Shown here: one piece after another, positions 60,652 through 64,000 of the stretch
Layout of the letters: every line of letters begins with the position of its first letter
Position numbering within the stretch: position 1 is the first letter of the stretch
From: a candidate division FCPU426 bacterium
GTDB lineage: Bacteria > Oederibacteriota > Muellerivitia > Muellerivitales > Muellerivitaceae
DNA: 64,000 nt
NCBI GenBank assembly: GCA_963796105.1
Contig: CAWCKJ010000004.1
Coordinates: 928,001 to 992,000 of the forward strand
Reading direction: 5' to 3'
Program-made: the position numbers and the translations under genes
The notes under the pieces: generated by a model
What the model was told of the DNA's origin: nothing
Database searches by the model: none
What the model saw: only the letters and a program-made list of their open reading frames with translations

Positions 60652-60809
60652 TAATAATTAAAACCATAACGAAAAAGGGGTGATTTCTTTCATGTTTTAA
60701 AAAGAGACCGGATAGATTTTGTCCAATAGGGAAGCGAAGTGGTAAAATTCACCCATGATTTGGCCGTTGTGAAAAAGAGTCGTTCTTTAATTCGGAAGGA
60801 ATAATATCC

Positions 60810-62492
60810 ATGAGATCCGCCAAATTGGTTTTTGGAATTCCCCTTTTATTTTTGGTCCTCTGGGCCCTCAACCCCGCGGCCTGCTCGAACAAGAAGAACC
60901 CTACGTCTCCCAATGATGTAACTCCTGTCACCTGCCCCTTCCCTGGGCAGGCTGGCAACACCCAGGCTGGTGTGAGCCTGTTCGCGAACGGCGCCGGGTT
61001 CCTGGTGGCCAGCCAGATCGGCCTTACCCAATACGCCGCTATCCAAAGTCTCTCGGTCTATCTCGGGAACAACCCCACCCAGCAGATCCAACTGGCCCTT
61101 TACTCGGATAACGGGGGAGCCCCCGGCACCTTGGTGGTGGCAGCCCCAGCCCAGGCCGCCGTCACTGGATGGAACGAATGTGTTGTTTCACCTGTCACTT
61201 TGATTCCCGGTACCTATTGGATCGCCTGCCAGGTCCAATCCTCCACCCAGGCGGCCTATAAATCCGGGGGTTCCTCGTATTATGTGTCCTATTCATGGGG
61301 TGGGTTCCCGGCCAATTATCCCACCGGGGGAATCACGGTGGCCGATACCTTGTCTCTTTATGCCAGTTACTGCGTGCAAAACACGCCAACCTTCACCTTG
61401 ACCCCCACGAATACCGGGACCTTCACTTTCACTCCCACATCCACGCCGACTCCCACGAATACCAAAACTTTCACCCCAACCTATTCGTTCACATACACTT
61501 TCACTGGGTCCAATACCCCCACCATAACTCCCACCTTTACGAAGACCAACACCCCCACCCAGACTTATACGTTCACGAATACCTACACCCCCACCAATAC
61601 CTTCACCCCTACTCGGACTTACACCCCGACGAACACCCCCACTATCACCAACACCTATACCCCGACTTTCACATCCACCAGCACCCCCACTCTCACCGCC
61701 ACCCCGACGCCTATTCCCACCCTTCTTTCCTGGAGCGTCACCACGCCCTACGGGATTGCCGTTGACGTGAACGGCTACGTTTATGTGACCGACGAGACCG
61801 ACGAGAACGTCCAAAAGTTCACCTCCGCGGGGTCGCCTGTTACGCATTGGGGGGCCAGCGGCTCGGGGACCGGACAATTCTACGGGATTTGGGGGATCGC
61901 CGTGAATGCCGCGGGAACCACGGTTTATACCGCGGAATACATGGCCTCGAACGACCGGGTCCAGTATTTCGACCCCAACGGGACCTACCTCGGGAAATGG
62001 GGCGGGACTTATTTCGCGCCCCGGGGCGTGGCCGTGGCTTCGGGGGGAAACGTTTATGTGAGCGACGACGAAGACATCTATGAAGTAACCTCAACGGGAA
62101 ACCCCATCACCCAATGGTCCAATATGAACAATACTTACGGCATATGCGTCGACGGATCCTCGAACGTTTACGCGGCCGATTCAACGGGGGGGTCAAATAG
62201 CGAGGGAGCGATCATGAAATACACCGGCAGCGGCGCGCCGGTCACCCAATGGAATGAAATGGACCCCGTTGCCGTGGCGGCGGACGGGAACGGGAACATC
62301 TATGTCTCGGACTATGGCAACGGCAGTATCTTGAAATTTACCAACACAGGGACTTGGGTGAAGACCTATGGAAGTTTCGGTTCCGGGCCGGGACAGTTCA
62401 AGGGACCCATCGGCGTGGCCGTGAATTCGGCCGGAACCACCTGCTATGTCGCGGATACTTCCAATAACCGAGTGGTGGCTTTCGCCCCTTGA
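60810..62492 (+). CDS. Lipoprotein with beta-sandwich domain, Thr/Pro linker and NHL beta-propeller
   Basis: Lipobox 'PAAC'; '[23 protein letters not shown]'; NHL repeats '[12 protein letters not shown]', '[21 protein letters not shown]'. Confidence 0.82.
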   Translation: MRSAKLVFGIPLLFLVLWALNPAACSNKKNPTSPNDVTPVTCPFPGQAGNTQAGVSLFANGAGFLVASQIGLTQYAAIQSLSVYLGNNPTQQIQLALYSDNGGAPGTLVVAAPAQAAVTGWNECVVSPVTLIPGTYWIACQVQSSTQAAYKSGGSSYYVSYSWGGFPANYPTGGITVADTLSLYASYCVQNTPTFTLTPTNTGTFTFTPTSTPTPTNTKTFTPTYSFTYTFTGSNTPTITPTFTKTNTPTQTYTFTNTYTPTNTFTPTRTYTPTNTPTITNTYTPTFTSTSTPTLTATPTPIPTLLSWSVTTPYGIAVDVNGYVYVTDETDENVQKFTSAGSPVTHWGASGSGTGQFYGIWGIAVNAAGTTVYTAEYMASNDRVQYFDPNGTYLGKWGGTYFAPRGVAVASGGNVYVSDDEDIYEVTSTGNPITQWSNMNNTYGICVDGSSNVYAADSTGGSNSEGAIMKYTGSGAPVTQWNEMDPVAVAADGNGNIYVSDYGNGSILKFTNTGTWVKTYGSFGSGPGQFKGPIGVAVNSAGTTCYVADTSNNRVVAFAP

Positions 62493-62603
62493 ACCGGGCG
62501 CTTTCAGCCCGATTAGAACCTTTATTATCAACAGTCCACAAAGCAAGTCATGAGGGCCAATTGTCAGCTTTAAGAAAATTTTATAACCAATAAGGAGAGC
62601 GTC

Positions 62604-63890
62604 ATGAGAAAGCCGATCAAGCTTTTCACCTGCCTGCCGTTATTCGTTTTCGCGGGGACTCTGGGTCCGGTATTTGCTCAAACAAATGATCTCAATCTTC
62701 CGCCTCCCCCGCCGATGCCCGCGGCCCAATCGCCGGCCGCGGCGCCGGCCCCGAGATACGCGGCAGTAGCGACGGCGGTCCCGACGCCGGCCATTACTGG
62801 ACCCAAAGTCACGGTGGGCGGGATGGTGGACGCTTTTTACAGTTACAACTTCACCAACGCTTCCAACAACGTTCCCGGTGCCGGGAACGGAGGCGCTTAT
62901 TTTTACAGCCAAGCCGACGACAGTTTCGCGCTCGGCATGGCGGAAGCCGTATTTACCGCCACGCAGGGTGAGGGCAGCGCCCATTTGACCTTGGCGGATT
63001 TTCCCAACGGCGCGGTGGGAGGGCTCTCGACCCCCGGACTCGACGTTTTGCAGGCTTATGTTTCCTACAACCCGGGGGAATGGATGTTCAACGCCGGGCG
63101 GTTGGTCACCTGGATGGGGAACGAGGTAATTGAGAGCAAGAGCAATTGGAACTACACCCGCTCCCTGAGTTTCCAGTACGCCATCCCCTATTGGTACGAG
63201 GGCATCAGCGCGAATTACGCCCCCGTCTCCCAGTTCAATCTCAGCGGTTTCGTCGCGGACGGTTGGAACCACTCCGGCGACACCGCCTTCTACGATTGGG
63301 GGAAAACCTACGGCCTGCAGGCCAACATCAAGCCCAACGAGGAATGGGGCATCGTCTTGAACGGGATTGCGGGGCCAGGAGCCACCGCCGGCAGCGCCTC
63401 CGCCCAGGGAAACGCCCGTTATTCGGCGGAAGGCATCGTGACTTGGTCGCCCACCCCGGAATGGTCGCTGGCATTCGACGGGTTGTGGGGGGCCCAGGAC
63501 CTGCCGGATGGGGGAGTGACCTTGAAAAGCGCCGACGGTTCCTTGTCTTATTTGGCCTATAACCTGCCTTACTGGACCTTGGACTTCTATATCCGCTGCC
63601 AGGTGCAGAAGGACTGGGCCTTGGCCCTGCGTTTGGAGGAAGTCCAGGACAGCTTCAACCTGTTGCACATCTACGGGGCCGTAGCCGCGCGAGACGCCCT
63701 GGACATCGAGGCCCGCGAGGTGGCCTTCACGGTGGAGCATAATTTCACCCCCAATACCCTCATGAGGCTGGAAGTGCGTTATGACGACGCCCTGTCCGGA
63801 GGATCGGAATTGATTGATACGGCCGGCCCATTCGCGGCGGGAAGCCCCAGCCAGGTCACAGGAACCGCCGGCGCGGTCTTCAGTTTCTAA
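62604..63890 (+). CDS. Outer-membrane beta-barrel porin (BBP2/DUF1597-like)
   Basis: Signal peptide, 'GGMVDAFYSYNF', 'QAYVSY', 'G.EVIE..NWNYTRS', C-terminal Phe. Confidence 0.8.
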   Translation: MRKPIKLFTCLPLFVFAGTLGPVFAQTNDLNLPPPPPMPAAQSPAAAPAPRYAAVATAVPTPAITGPKVTVGGMVDAFYSYNFTNASNNVPGAGNGGAYFYSQADDSFALGMAEAVFTATQGEGSAHLTLADFPNGAVGGLSTPGLDVLQAYVSYNPGEWMFNAGRLVTWMGNEVIESKSNWNYTRSLSFQYAIPYWYEGISANYAPVSQFNLSGFVADGWNHSGDTAFYDWGKTYGLQANIKPNEEWGIVLNGIAGPGATAGSASAQGNARYSAEGIVTWSPTPEWSLAFDGLWGAQDLPDGGVTLKSADGSLSYLAYNLPYWTLDFYIRCQVQKDWALALRLEEVQDSFNLLHIYGAVAARDALDIEAREVAFTVEHNFTPNTLMRLEVRYDDALSGGSELIDTAGPFAAGSPSQVTGTAGAVFSF

Positions 63891-63940
63891 AAGCCCCAGG
63901 CCGCGGAGACGGGGGTTAAAACAACCTGAGAGGAGAAAAA

Positions 63941-64000
63941 ATGCCGCATGTCATCGTAAAGCTCTATCCAGGAAGGTCGGATCAACAGAAGGCTGAATTG
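63941..64000 (+). CDS. 4-oxalocrotonate tautomerase family protein (3'-truncated)
   Basis: AGGAG RBS; MPHVIVKLYPGRSDQQKAEL with catalytic Pro1. Confidence 0.8.
   Translation, partial: MPHVIVKLYPGRSDQQKAEL

Overview
Window from a diderm bacterium (outer-membrane porin, lipoproteins); the lineage cannot be fixed from sequence alone. The left half is cell-envelope chemistry: a frameshifted membrane/spermidine-synthase-like gene, two GT-C (PMT/ArnT-like) glycosyltransferases, hpnCDE, and an O-acylation cluster (SGNH protein, unannotated 40-aa DltX-like peptide, MBOAT, two NHL-SGNH paralogs, one IS-disrupted). It also holds tRNA-Val(CAC), pcm, a degenerate Mrp-like operon and an acyltransferase-3. 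The centre encodes a GH9 and two giant Thr/Pro-stalk secreted proteins sharing a T9SS-CTD/FlgD-Ig-like C-terminal domain. The right part (about 48-60.7 kb) is a mobile hotspot with IS3, IS4, IS1595 and IS1380 elements (all with IRs and TSDs), an inactivated low-GC P-loop ATPase, a hybrid kinase and unexplained non-coding architecture. That architecture comprises a ~110-125 bp double-hairpin element in three copies with fixed stems and variable loops, helically phased GATAACC/GATATTCC arrays and an iteron-like TGGCACAAT cluster. A tidy four-way-junction fold precedes the second giant protein. Family assignments are by motif recognition only; no searches were run.
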